A stretch of DNA of 64,000 nucleotides. It comes from Syntrophales bacterium. GTDB taxonomy: Bacteria > Desulfobacterota > Syntrophia > Syntrophales > UBA6807. Position 1 is the first letter of the stretch, and every line of letters starts with the position of its first letter. The position numbers were made by a program, and so were the translations under genes. Positions 8,879 through 18,391 of the stretch are shown here, piece after piece. The notes under the pieces are model-generated. The model searched no databases, was not told the origin of the DNA, and saw nothing but the letters and a program-made list of their open reading frames with translations. The stretch lies in assembly GCA_040767195.1 (NCBI GenBank), contig JAXGPA010000002.1, forward strand, positions 128,001 to 192,000. The letters run 5' to 3'.

Positions 8879-10303
8879 TCAGATGTTCGTCCTCGATTTT
8901 CCGTATCCCCGGTTCAGGGCCTCTTCCGCCGCCCGGGCCAGTTCCCGGTCGTGATCGTGGCTCAGTGAAAAGACGCGGAAATGGACAACCCGGGAGGGGA
9001 TGAACCGGTAGATCTCCCCGAGGGGTTCCGGTGAAACGCTCTCCGTGGCGGGATTGTAAACGAGAATCCTCTTGTCTTCCTCCAGGACGGGATTCACCGG
9101 GCGGGGATCCTGGGCGGCCAGGTCCACCCTGAATTTCAAACGCTGGAGGGACCGGGGGAGGAACTTCCTGATCTGCCGCTCGTAGTCCCGGGCATCGGAA
9201 AAGCGGACGCCCCGCTGCACCTGGTCTATGGAAAGGTCGGCGGCATGGGACATTTTCCACTTGACCTCCCGCTGGTACAGTCTCGACCACTCCCGGGCAA
9301 GTTTCTTTTTCAGACCTTTCTCGCCCCCCCATCCTCGAACCTGTTCATAGAGGCTCCACTCGTCGCAGGACAGGTATGCGTCAAGGAGATCCAGGGGGTT
9401 TCCCGGAAGAAGGAGATCCATGGTGTCCCGGAAAAACTCCTGGAGATGGAGGTCCAGCGCCCGGGTCGTCCGGTGATAGTACACATTGGCGTAAAGGTTC
9501 AGCCGGGCGTTCAGGAACCGGGCCAGGACCGACGTGCCCGCCTGGTGCAGGGTCAGGCCCTCCCGGGTGAAAAAGGTGTAGTAGACGAGCCGCTCGATGT
9601 CGATCATGTCCATGGAGTAGCCCGTCATGTAGGCATCCCGCTGGACGTAATCGAGATTGTCCACGGTGTAAACGCCCGAAAAAAGGTTTCTCAGGAGCCG
9701 AAGCCAGAGCGGGTGCCTGTCCCCTTCCGGGGAGAGGGTCTCGGGACGCCGTATGAGATAGGCCACTTGTGACGGATCGAGAGACTCACCGGGGCCGAAC
9801 GGGCCCGACGGGCTTCTTCTTATCCCCCGGATCGTCCGGCCCAGCTTCCTGACAATGATTTCCTGGCCGAGCACTTCGTGGGTCAGACCGTAACGGTCAA
9901 GAAAATGATCGTCGAAAAAGTGGCCGAACGGACCGTGACCCACATCGTGGAGAAGCCCCGCCACGCGGAGCAGCTCTTCCACGTGCGGCTCCGACGGCAG
10001 GGTCGGGCAGACCTCCCGGAGGCTCTCGTAGAGGTGGCGGCCGAACACGCCGGCCAGGTGCATGGTGCCCAGGACGTGCTGAAACCGGGTGTGCTCCGCG
10101 GCGGGATAGACCCAGCGGGCGCTCTGCAGCTGGTGGATCCGCCTGAGCCGCTGGACCCACGGGGAATCGATGAGGTCCTTTTCCGTTTTTTCCCGAACGC
10201 CGTCCTCCCCCGGAATGGTAAAGGAGATGTACCGGTGGATGGGATCGGCCATGAGGGCCTTCCCCTGGTAAGCTTTCCCGATCCTGTTACCGAATCGTTT
10301 CAT
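8879..10303 (-). CDS. HD-domain phosphohydrolase, SAMHD1/YdhJ-like (putative dNTP triphosphohydrolase)
   Basis: DPIH, QRLRRIHQL, HTRFQH, LLHDVGHGPFGH, DNLDY..RD, VYYH; start uncertain. Confidence 0.85.
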   Translation of the reverse strand: MKRFGNRIGKAYQGKALMADPIHRYISFTIPGEDGVREKTEKDLIDSPWVQRLRRIHQLQSARWVYPAAEHTRFQHVLGTMHLAGVFGRHLYESLREVCPTLPSEPHVEELLRVAGLLHDVGHGPFGHFFDDHFLDRYGLTHEVLGQEIIVRKLGRTIRGIRRSPSGPFGPGESLDPSQVAYLIRRPETLSPEGDRHPLWLRLLRNLFSGVYTVDNLDYVQRDAYMTGYSMDMIDIERLVYYTFFTREGLTLHQAGTSVLARFLNARLNLYANVYYHRTTRALDLHLQEFFRDTMDLLLPGNPLDLLDAYLSCDEWSLYEQVRGWGGEKGLKKKLAREWSRLYQREVKWKMSHAADLSIDQVQRGVRFSDARDYERQIRKFLPRSLQRLKFRVDLAAQDPRPVNPVLEEDKRILVYNPATESVSPEPLGEIYRFIPSRVVHFRVFSLSHDHDRELARAAEEALNRGYGKSRTNI

Positions 10304-10461
10304 GATACCATGACTACCTAAAATCGGCGGAAAGATCAACGGCTCTTCTGAAAAGAAGAGCGAAAACGGCGGCCCGGGGGCGGGAAAAGGCAAGAAAACG
10401 GCTTGAAAATTTCAGGAAAACGCTGTATGGAATCGGCAGTTCCCCCGAAAGGAGAATACCC

Positions 10462-10965
10462 ATGAAAATACTGGTGACGTATCTGTCTCAGACGGGCAAC
10501 ACGGAAAAAGTGGCCCGGGCGATTTACGATTCCATCGGGTTCACCAAGGAGATCCTTCCCCTCCAGGAAGCCGGGGCACCGGAGGGGTACGACCTGGTGT
10601 TCGTCGGTTTCCCCGTGCAGGCCAACAGCGTCCCGCCCAAGGTACAGCCCTTCATCAAGGGGCTTCCCAAAAATCAGCCCGTGGCTTTTTTCCACACCCA
10701 CGGATCCCTCAGGGGAAGCGAACTGGCGCGGACGGGCCTCGAAAACGCCGTCTCCCTGGCGGCCCAATGCAAGGTCCTGGGAACCTTCGCCTGCCAGGGC
10801 AAGGTCAAGCCCTCCCTCATCGAAGCGCTTCTGAACAAGCCGGAACACAAGAAATGGTGCGAGGAGGCCCAGTCCGCGGACGGTCACCCCGATGAGGCGG
10901 ACCTCGCCGACGCCCGGGAATTCGCCGCCGACATGACGTCCAGGGCGACGGCCCTCAAGCGCTGA
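10462..10965 (+). CDS. Flavodoxin family protein
   Basis: YLSQTGNTEKVA, FACQGK, HPDEADL; AGGAG RBS. Confidence 0.88.
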   Translation: MKILVTYLSQTGNTEKVARAIYDSIGFTKEILPLQEAGAPEGYDLVFVGFPVQANSVPPKVQPFIKGLPKNQPVAFFHTHGSLRGSELARTGLENAVSLAAQCKVLGTFACQGKVKPSLIEALLNKPEHKKWCEEAQSADGHPDEADLADAREFAADMTSRATALKR

Positions 10966-11051
10966 AGGTCCCATGAAAAAACCGCCCGCAAACAGGCCGT
11001 CCTCGGGACGGCGGCGAGGGTGGGGCGGTCGAAAACCGTGAGAATCCCTAT

Positions 11052-11088
11052 CCCCCCTTTTTTCTGCCGTGAAAAAAGGGGGGTTTTT
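11052..11088. terminator. Intrinsic terminator between convergent genes
   Basis: CCCCCCTTTTTTC-tgccgt-GAAAAAAGGGGGG then TTTTT. Confidence 0.7.
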
Positions 11089-11096
11089 CATCCCCC

Positions 11097-12500
11097 TCAG
11101 GGAACCTCATCGTCGGGAAAAATCTTCCCGGGGTTCAAAATCCCCCCGGGGTCCAGGAGATTCCGGATTTCCTTCTGAATGCGAATGCTCACCGGCGACA
11201 GCTCGAGAGTCAGAAACCGTTTTTTCGCCAGGCCGATGCCGTGTTCCCCTGAAATGGTTCCCCCCATGGAAATCACCTTTTCCAGGATTCTCCGGATCCC
11301 CTCATCGATCCGGTCCCGGTGGTCCCGACACTCCGCCGTGATGATGAGGTGGATGTTTCCGTCCCCGGCATGACCGAAGGCGTAGATCCGCATGCCGTGC
11401 GCCTTTTCGAAATCGGGAAGCTCCGTTACGAATTCGGCGATTCTCCCGATGGGGACGGCGATGTCCTCGGGAACGTGAACCTTCGCGTGATGCTCGATCC
11501 GGAGGGCCACTTCACGACGGATTTCCCAGAGCCGGGCCCGCTTCAGGGAATCCGGCGCCAGGAGAATGTCGCCTGCCCCTTTCTCGGCGCAGATTTCACC
11601 CATCTCCTCGATCTCCCGGGAAATGAAATCCGGGTGGCCGTCCGTTTCCAAAAGGAGGAAGGCCCCCGCTTTTCTGGCGTCGGGAAAGGGAAGGAGATCC
11701 CCCACGAGCTCCAGGCAGGGCCGGTCGAGAAACTCGACGGCCGACGGGAGATAGCCCCGGACCAGGACAGCCTGGACCGCTTCCATGACGGCGGACAGGC
11801 CAGGGAAAAAAGCCACCGCGGTGGCGACGGCCCGGGGACGGGGAAGGAGGCGGAGAATCAGCTTGGTGATGATACCCAGGGTTCCCTCGGAACCCACGAG
11901 AAGATGGACGAGGTCGTATCCCACGACCCCCTTCCGGGTCCGGACGCCGGCCTGGACGATCTCACCGGTAGGAAGAACCGCTTCCAGACCCAGGACGTAA
12001 TCCCGGGTCGTCCCGTATTTGACGCAGGAGGTCCCGCCGGCATTGGTGGCCGCGTTCCCCCCGATGGAGCAGGTGTCCACGCTGGCCGGGTCGGGAGGGT
12101 AAAAAAGGCCCCGACGCCAGGCGGCCTCTTTCAGGTCTTTCGTGACGACCCCCGGTTCCACGACGGCGATGAGGTTTTCCTCCTCCAGGGAAAGAATCCG
12201 GTTCATTTTCGACAGGGACAGGACGACGCCGCCGCGGGACGCCACGGCCCCGCCGGCCAGGCCTGTTCCCAGCCCCCGGGGCGTGACGGGAAAACGATGG
12301 CCGTTGGCCAGCCGGAGAATCGCCCCGATTTCCTCCGCTGAAACCGCTTCCAGGACCAGGTCGGGATAAAAGGACCCCTCACCGGCATCCCGGGAGAAGG
12401 GTTCGAGCCGTTCCCGGTCACGGATGACTCTCTCCGGAGGGATGACCCGGCGGATCTCTTGTACCGCCGTTTCTGTGAGAGGTGAAAAGACTTTCGTCAT
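11097..12500 (-). CDS. FAD-linked oxidase, GlcD/D-2-hydroxyacid dehydrogenase family
   Basis: PRGLGTGLAGGA, YPPDPAS, GSEGTLG, GHAGDGNIH, GEHGIG, LNPGK. Confidence 0.9.
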   Translation of the reverse strand: MTKVFSPLTETAVQEIRRVIPPERVIRDRERLEPFSRDAGEGSFYPDLVLEAVSAEEIGAILRLANGHRFPVTPRGLGTGLAGGAVASRGGVVLSLSKMNRILSLEEENLIAVVEPGVVTKDLKEAAWRRGLFYPPDPASVDTCSIGGNAATNAGGTSCVKYGTTRDYVLGLEAVLPTGEIVQAGVRTRKGVVGYDLVHLLVGSEGTLGIITKLILRLLPRPRAVATAVAFFPGLSAVMEAVQAVLVRGYLPSAVEFLDRPCLELVGDLLPFPDARKAGAFLLLETDGHPDFISREIEEMGEICAEKGAGDILLAPDSLKRARLWEIRREVALRIEHHAKVHVPEDIAVPIGRIAEFVTELPDFEKAHGMRIYAFGHAGDGNIHLIITAECRDHRDRIDEGIRRILEKVISMGGTISGEHGIGLAKKRFLTLELSPVSIRIQKEIRNLLDPGGILNPGKIFPDDEVP

Positions 12501-12506
12501 GTATGC

Positions 12507-13181
12507 TCAGAGCCCGTAATGCTGGAACCCGGGTAACCGGAACCGGGATTCCAGGTGGTGAAGCCCCCAGGCGGCCAGGGAGGTCAGGACGAGGTAGACG
12601 GCCCCAACGATCATGAATATTTCCGTATACTTGAATGTTTCCGAGGCGATGATCTTCCCCTGGCCGGTGAGTTCGATGCAGGTGATCATGTAAGCCAGGG
12701 AAGAGTACTTGATGAGGTAGACGATTTCATTGCCGCAGCCGGGAAGGGCCCTTCGAAAGGCCTGGGGCAGGACGACGGACCAGATCATCTGGATCTTGGA
12801 AAAACCCAGGGCCTGGGCGGCCAGCATCTGGCCTTTCTTGATGGAAAGAAGGGCGCCCCGGACATACTCGGAGTGATAGGCCCCGCTGCACAGTGAAAAG
12901 GCGATGACCGATGCGCCGTAGGGGGAAAAATAGATACCGATGTGGGGGAGTCCGAAATACCAGATGAAAAGCTGAACCACCAGGGGAAACCCCCGGAAAA
13001 GAGCCACATAGGTGTTGGCCAGGGCGGAAACGAAGGGATTTCCGAAGACCCGGAGAACCCCGACGAAAACACCGATGACGAGCCCGAAAAGGGCGGAGGG
13101 TACGATGAGACGGCAGCTCACCAGAAGGCCCTTCCACAGGGCCGGCGCCACTTCGTTCTGAAGGAAAAAAAGCTCTTCCAC
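12507..13181 (-). CDS. Amino-acid ABC transporter permease
   Basis: FRGFP, EYVRGA, GQ..AA.ALG, LPQA. Confidence 0.92.
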   Translation of the reverse strand: MEELFFLQNEVAPALWKGLLVSCRLIVPSALFGLVIGVFVGVLRVFGNPFVSALANTYVALFRGFPLVVQLFIWYFGLPHIGIYFSPYGASVIAFSLCSGAYHSEYVRGALLSIKKGQMLAAQALGFSKIQMIWSVVLPQAFRRALPGCGNEIVYLIKYSSLAYMITCIELTGQGKIIASETFKYTEIFMIVGAVYLVLTSLAAWGLHHLESRFRLPGFQHYGL

Positions 13182-13949
13182 TTACCGGGACTCCCCGTAT
13201 ATCTCGGCGATCTTCATAAAAAATTCCCGGGTGCGCTGGCATTCCGCCTGGGCGAAGAGTTTTTTCGGCGGCCCCGCCTCCACGATGATGCCGTTTTCCA
13301 TGAAGAGGATCTCATCGGCCATTTCGCCGGCGAAGCTGATCTGGTGGGTGGACATGATCATGGTCATGCCGTTCGACCGGAGGTCCCGGATGACCGCGAG
13401 GACCTCGGAAATGAGTTCGGGATCGAGGGCCGACGTGGGCTCGTCGAGAAGCATCACCTCCGGGTCCATGGCCAGGGCCCGGGCGATGGACACCCGCTGT
13501 TTCTGGCCCCCGGAAAGCTGGGCCGGGTATTTTTCCACGTGGTCCCCGAGGCCGACCCGGTCCAGTTCGGCGGAGGCACGGACGCGGGCTTCGTCCCGGC
13601 TCATCTTCTTGACCCGGACCAGGGCGATCTCCACGTTCCCGAGGGCCGTCAGGTGATCGAAGAGATTGAAGTCCTGGAAAATCATCCCCACTTTCTGCCG
13701 ATAGTTGTAAAGATCCCGTTTGCGGCTGTAGAGAACCTCCCGGCCGTCCAGGAAAACCCTGCCGGCGTTCGGCTTGACGAGGAAGTTGATGCATTGGAGA
13801 AGGGTGCTTTTCCCCCCCCCGGAAGGACCGATGAGAATTTTGAGTTCCCCCTCCCGTATGGAAAACGAGGCGTCCTTCAACACTTCCTTGTCTCCGTAGC
13901 GTTTCGTCAGCTTTTCGACTTGGAGAATGATCTTTTTCTCGTTCATCAT
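13182..13949 (-). CDS. Amino-acid ABC transporter ATP-binding protein
   Basis: [27 protein letters not shown]. Confidence 0.93.
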   Translation of the reverse strand: MMNEKKIILQVEKLTKRYGDKEVLKDASFSIREGELKILIGPSGGGKSTLLQCINFLVKPNAGRVFLDGREVLYSRKRDLYNYRQKVGMIFQDFNLFDHLTALGNVEIALVRVKKMSRDEARVRASAELDRVGLGDHVEKYPAQLSGGQKQRVSIARALAMDPEVMLLDEPTSALDPELISEVLAVIRDLRSNGMTMIMSTHQISFAGEMADEILFMENGIIVEAGPPKKLFAQAECQRTREFFMKIAEIYGESR

Positions 13950-13962
13950 ATCTTTCCGGTCC

Positions 13963-14634
13963 CTACCGCTGGGAATACCCGGGAATCCTTACCCGGTCCT
14001 CGAGAAAACGCAGGGCCCTCGTTCCGCCGTAGGTCAGGATCAGGAAAATGACCCCGGCGGTGAAATAAAGGGGCAGGTGCTCATAGGTCCGGGAGGCGAC
14101 GAAGTGGGCCCGCGCCATGACCTCCATGACACCCAGGGCGTAGGACACGGCGGTGTCCTTCAACACGATGGAGTATTCGTTGGACCAGCCGGGAACGGAC
14201 AGGCGGAAGGCCTGGGGCAGAATAATGAAAAAGATGGACTCGAAATGGCTCATTCCCAGGGCCTTGGCCGCTTTCATCTGGCCTTCCGGCAGGGAGAGGA
14301 TGGAGCCCCGGAGGATTTGAGACTGGTAGGCGGCGCTGATGAGGCCGAGAACGACAACGGAGGCGGTAAAGGCGGAAATGTTGATGCGGAATAACGTGAA
14401 GAGACCGAAATAAAAGAGAAACAAAAGGACAAGGAGGGGGACGCCCCGGAAAAACCAGACGTAGACAAACACGAGCCGCCGAACCCAGGGGGAACCGTAA
14501 ACCTGTCCGATCGCCAGGGCGGTCCCGACCAAGAGGCCGAGCCCCAGGGCACCCGCCACCAGCCCCAGTGTGACGAGAGAGCCCTGGAGGAGATAGGGCA
14601 GGGCTTCCCGTATGGCGGTTACGCTTTCCATCAT
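13963..14634 (-). CDS. Amino-acid ABC transporter permease
   Basis: FRGVP, AYQSQILRG, GQMKAAKALG. Confidence 0.92.
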   Translation of the reverse strand: MMESVTAIREALPYLLQGSLVTLGLVAGALGLGLLVGTALAIGQVYGSPWVRRLVFVYVWFFRGVPLLVLLFLFYFGLFTLFRINISAFTASVVVLGLISAAYQSQILRGSILSLPEGQMKAAKALGMSHFESIFFIILPQAFRLSVPGWSNEYSIVLKDTAVSYALGVMEVMARAHFVASRTYEHLPLYFTAGVIFLILTYGGTRALRFLEDRVRIPGYSQR

Positions 14635-14698
14635 GTGAATCGGCCCGCCTTTCGGGAAACGTTACCGGGGAGTGCCATGGAGGCGCCTTTGAAAAGAG

Positions 14699-14729
14699 GG
14701 GAGGCATCGAACCGGTGCCGATGCCTCCC
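14699..14729. other. Intra-operon stem-loop between the substrate-binding and permease genes, probably an mRNA stabiliser
   Basis: GGGAGGCATCG...CGATGCCTCCC, 11-bp stem. Confidence 0.55.
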
Positions 14730-14764
14730 GAAAACGATAAAACCTGAAAGACGGAACAGGAGCC

Positions 14765-15526
14765 TTACTTCAGGTCGTACTCGGTCATGAGCTTTTCCCA
14801 GTACGGGGAAGCCATGAGCCTCTTCAGACCTTCGTTCAGCTTTCCCAGAAGTTCCGTGTCTTCCTTGCGGACGGCGTAGCCGAAGTCTTCCTGTTCCATA
14901 CCGAACTGGCCGACGATCTTCACGGGTTTTTTCTTGACAGCGTCTTTGGCCGGGGCGTCATCCATGGCGGCGGCCACGATCCGCCCATTCACCACGTCCT
15001 CCACGGCCAGGGGTGCGGAATCATAATACACGAGCTGGAAATTCTTTCCCGCCTTCTTGATCAGGTTCTCTTCGATCCACTTGGCCTCCGTCGTTCCCCG
15101 CTGGACACCCACCTTGTTCCCCTTGGAGAGGAGCTGGTCCACCGACAGGAGGCTGTCCTTGGGAGCCACGAGAACCTGGGCAATGACCCAGTAGGGCATG
15201 GTAAAGTTCACCTGTTCCCGCCGTTTGTCCGTGATGCTCATCCCCGAGGCGATCATGTCGATTTTCTTCGCTTTCAGGCTCGGAATGATGCCGTCCCAGT
15301 CCATGGGCTGGTGCTTCACCTTGAATCCCATTTCCCTGGCGATCCAGTCCACCGATTTCACGTCAAACCCATCAGGGTTGCCGTTTTTGTCCACATAGGC
15401 AAAAGGCGGGAAATTGGCGTCGATCCCGTTGATGTAAACCTTCTCCGCCGCCAGGGCCCCGCTGAAGCCCGCAAACACCAGGATGGCCGAAACAACGAAT
15501 ACCGAAAGAATCCCCTTTTTCCACAT
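14765..15526 (-). CDS. Amino-acid ABC transporter substrate-binding protein (family 3)
   Basis: Signal peptide, FPPF, GFDV, WDGIIPSL, GVQRGTT; AGGAG RBS before MWKKG. Confidence 0.92.
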   Translation of the reverse strand: MWKKGILSVFVVSAILVFAGFSGALAAEKVYINGIDANFPPFAYVDKNGNPDGFDVKSVDWIAREMGFKVKHQPMDWDGIIPSLKAKKIDMIASGMSITDKRREQVNFTMPYWVIAQVLVAPKDSLLSVDQLLSKGNKVGVQRGTTEAKWIEENLIKKAGKNFQLVYYDSAPLAVEDVVNGRIVAAAMDDAPAKDAVKKKPVKIVGQFGMEQEDFGYAVRKEDTELLGKLNEGLKRLMASPYWEKLMTEYDLK

Positions 15527-15771
15527 GTTCCTTGATCTCCTTTCTCTACCGTAACCCCGGTTCGATCTCTCTTCTCTCTCCCGCCCGCCGTCAACGAGGG
15601 GCAAACGCTCGAAAATTCTAAAAGCTTTTTTTACCGGCGGTTTCGTGGAAAGCCCTCGGCGGGACGCCCGGACCGCAAAAAACAAGGCGTGCCGGACGAT
15701 GTACCGGCATGCCGGGGGATGTCGGGCACTGTCGCGCGCAAGGACCTGTGACAAAGCCGTCAAGCCGTTGG

Positions 15772-15800
15772 AGCATAGACAAAAACGGGCACCCTGTCAA
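15772..15800 (-). promoter_or_regulatory. Sigma70-type promoter upstream of the ABC operon
   Basis: TTGACA-N17-TATGCT. Confidence 0.65.
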
Positions 15801-15850
15801 GGGTCAAGGCGTTGTCCCGGCCCCTTGCCCCGGCCTTGAAACAGAGAAGA

Positions 15851-15885
15851 GGGCACCTTTTGCCTGAGACAGGCAAGAGGCGCCC
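15851..15885 (-). terminator. Probable terminator of the TPR/CsgG-like operon
   Basis: GGGCGCCTCTTGCCTG-tct-CAGGCAAAAGGTGCCC then a pyrimidine tract. Confidence 0.6.
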
Positions 15886-15923
15886 GTCGAACTCCCCCTT
15901 CGAAGCGGAACTCTGGATATCCG

Positions 15924-17147
15924 TCAGTGACCGCCGCCGCTGCCTCCGCTCTGGGCCGCCGCCGCCTTCGCTCTGGCCTCATCCGCTTCACTGGCGGCGG
16001 TCACATCGCCCACCAGGCCGAGAACGGTGGCGTTCGCCTGGGCCGTTGACGGGGCCGTTGTCAGGGCCTTTGCGCCCGGTCCCTGGGGATCCGCCTCGGA
16101 GGAGCGGAGAAACAGGCGGATAGCCAGGTCCCAATCCTTCCTGTCCTGGGCGTCCAGGCCCTCGCCGTAATACTTGATGGCGGTGTAGGATGTCGTGGCG
16201 TAACGCCCCATGGCGCTTCTTTCCTGGGGGGTCAGCGAAACCCCCAGGTCATCGAGAATACCGAAAACGATGGCCTTCTCGATCTTGAAGAACTCGTCCA
16301 CGGGACCCTGGGCTTCCTGGCGGCCGGCGTCCTTGACCGTGCCGACGTCCATGACGACGCTGTCCACCCGCATGACCGCCTCACTGAGGCCGGCCATGTT
16401 CCCCGTGACCACCCGGCCCGCCCCCACAAGGCGTCCCACCCGGGGGGCCGTTTTGGGATCCACGATACCCGTCGTCCCGAGCTTGAGCTCCTCGAGAAGC
16501 TTCTGCATTTTAACCCGTTCCACCACCGCGATGGAGGGGGCCTTGGCGAGATCGGTGATGATCATGTCCGCCATGGCCTTCTGGAGGGGCCGAATCCTTT
16601 CACGAATGCCCCGGTCCCCGAAATAGGTCACCGCCACCGTGTTGGGGTCGCCGGGTTTTCCCTTCAGGGCCTTTTCCCCCTTCACCGCCTCCTTCGCCCA
16701 GCGGGATGATTCCTTGTGAAGCAGGACGGTCATCTGCTTCACGATCCGGGCGGTGACGTAGCTGTCCGGTTCCTGCAGAGCGTAAGCCTTCCAGACATCG
16801 ATGGCCTTCCCGTATTCCTCCGTGAGCGTGTAGGCGAGGCCGAGGTACAGGTCGGTGCCCTTGTCGTTGGGGTCGATCTTCCGGGCCTTTTCCAGGGCCG
16901 CCACGGCCTCCGGGCCCTTTCCGATTTCCACGTAAGCCCGTCCGATTCCTCTCAAGGCGGTCGCGTTATCCGGGCTTTCCTTCAGGAGTTCCTCGTAAAG
17001 GGCGACGGCCTCGTCATATTTCTTCGACTCCAGGGCCGTGTGGGCCTTGACCTGGAGCATGGTCCTCTGGAAAATGGCCGAGTTACACCCCGTCAAAAAC
17101 AAAAAAACCAGAACCGGCACGAAAAATTGAGTGATCCTGCTTCTCAT
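15924..17147 (-). CDS. TPR lipoprotein with a CsgG/FlgO-like domain
   Basis: Lipobox FLTGC, TPR helices, then VAVTYF..IAVVER..LLEELKL...TAPRVGRLVGA. Confidence 0.8.
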   Translation of the reverse strand: MRSRITQFFVPVLVFLFLTGCNSAIFQRTMLQVKAHTALESKKYDEAVALYEELLKESPDNATALRGIGRAYVEIGKGPEAVAALEKARKIDPNDKGTDLYLGLAYTLTEEYGKAIDVWKAYALQEPDSYVTARIVKQMTVLLHKESSRWAKEAVKGEKALKGKPGDPNTVAVTYFGDRGIRERIRPLQKAMADMIITDLAKAPSIAVVERVKMQKLLEELKLGTTGIVDPKTAPRVGRLVGAGRVVTGNMAGLSEAVMRVDSVVMDVGTVKDAGRQEAQGPVDEFFKIEKAIVFGILDDLGVSLTPQERSAMGRYATTSYTAIKYYGEGLDAQDRKDWDLAIRLFLRSSEADPQGPGAKALTTAPSTAQANATVLGLVGDVTAASEADEARAKAAAAQSGGSGGGH

Positions 17148-17162
17148 GACATCCTCCTTCGT

Positions 17163-17681
17163 TCAATCCCGCTTGAGGCCGGCGGAGAGAATCTCGCTCA
17201 CAAGCCTTTCCTCGAGCTCGAAAATTTTTTCAAAGCTTCCCGTCACCTTGGCCGTTCCCGTGATTTCCCCCGTCTCCGTCCGAACCACCCGGGCATTCAC
17301 GCGGACCTGGCTTCTGAACTTCATGAAGGACCCCAGGATCAGGTGATTCGCCCCCAGGAGCTTACCCACCCGAAGGGCCGTCCTTTCATCGACCGCCCCG
17401 GTCATGGAGAGGCCGATTTCATCCATCAGGGCCTTGAGGCGCTGCCGTTCCACCACGCGGACGCCCGGGGCTCCGTTCAGACCGTCGGTGATGCCCGCGG
17501 CCAGCACCTCTCCCAGGCCTTCCGTATCACCCGAAGGCCGGAGATCCTCCAGGGGAAAGACGGCAACGAGAAAGGATGGAGAGGGGTCAGGGGACACCGC
17601 CCGAACCCGGTCCACCGTTACGGACAGAAAAAAACTGATGATAACCGCACTTGCCAGAATACCTGTCGCGCTTTTTCTCAT
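17163..17681 (-). CDS. Exported CsgG/HfaB/FlgO-like domain protein
   Basis: Signal peptide; VAVFPL, VRVVERQRL..LMDE, RVGKLLGA, ARVVRTETGE. Confidence 0.8.
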   Translation of the reverse strand: MRKSATGILASAVIISFFLSVTVDRVRAVSPDPSPSFLVAVFPLEDLRPSGDTEGLGEVLAAGITDGLNGAPGVRVVERQRLKALMDEIGLSMTGAVDERTALRVGKLLGANHLILGSFMKFRSQVRVNARVVRTETGEITGTAKVTGSFEKIFELEERLVSEILSAGLKRD

Positions 17682-17689
17682 CCCGCCCC

Positions 17690-18391
17690 TCACGGCCTCC
17701 TTCCCGCTTCCCGCAACCCTCGGTTCTCCACCGGAAAGCCCGGGTACTTCCGGTTAAGTTCCCGGGCGATCTGCGCCGCCGCCTTCTCATCCTTCCGGTC
17801 GAGGGCATCGAGACCTCTCGAATAGAGGAGAAGGGCCTCGAAAGACTCCTCCCCCATTTTTTTCTCCGCACGCGCCGGGCCCTTCCGCCTCAAGCTCCGG
17901 AGAATCCTCTCCACCAGGGATTCCTCCATGAAGAAGAAATCGTCGGCGGACCCGCACATCTCCTCGGAAACCATCACCCGGGACGTCTCCACGTCCACAA
18001 GCCGGGCATCGATCCGGAGCATCGTCCCGACGGCCGTGTAGCTCCCCATGAGAAGGGCCTTCACGCCCAGTATTTTTCCCACTTTCTGAACCGTTTCGTC
18101 CGTCACCGCCCCGGTCTGGTGAAGGGCCATTTCCGAGATCAGGGCATCCATGCGCGTTCTTTCCACGACCTGAAGACCCTCCGACCCCGCCAGGGAGGAG
18201 ATGAGCGTATCCGCCAGTCCTTTTCTGAAGGGCTCCAGGCTCTCCCGGTCGGTAATGGAATAATTGTCGAAATACAGGACAGCGATCCGAAGGGGCCCCT
18301 CTCCCGCCGCTGAAACGGTCGAGACGGGCCGGACCACGCCGGTCATCATCCATAAAGAAACAACGACGGCCCCCAGGACTGTCTTTCTCAC
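17690..18391 (-). CDS. Exported CsgG/HfaB/FlgO-like domain protein with a C-terminal TPR-like helix
   Basis: IAVLYFDN, LQVVER, KVGKILG, DARLVDVET; GTG start inferred. Confidence 0.78.
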   Translation of the reverse strand: MRKTVLGAVVVSLWMMTGVVRPVSTVSAAGEGPLRIAVLYFDNYSITDRESLEPFRKGLADTLISSLAGSEGLQVVERTRMDALISEMALHQTGAVTDETVQKVGKILGVKALLMGSYTAVGTMLRIDARLVDVETSRVMVSEEMCGSADDFFFMEESLVERILRSLRRKGPARAEKKMGEESFEALLLYSRGLDALDRKDEKAAAQIARELNRKYPGFPVENRGLREAGRRP

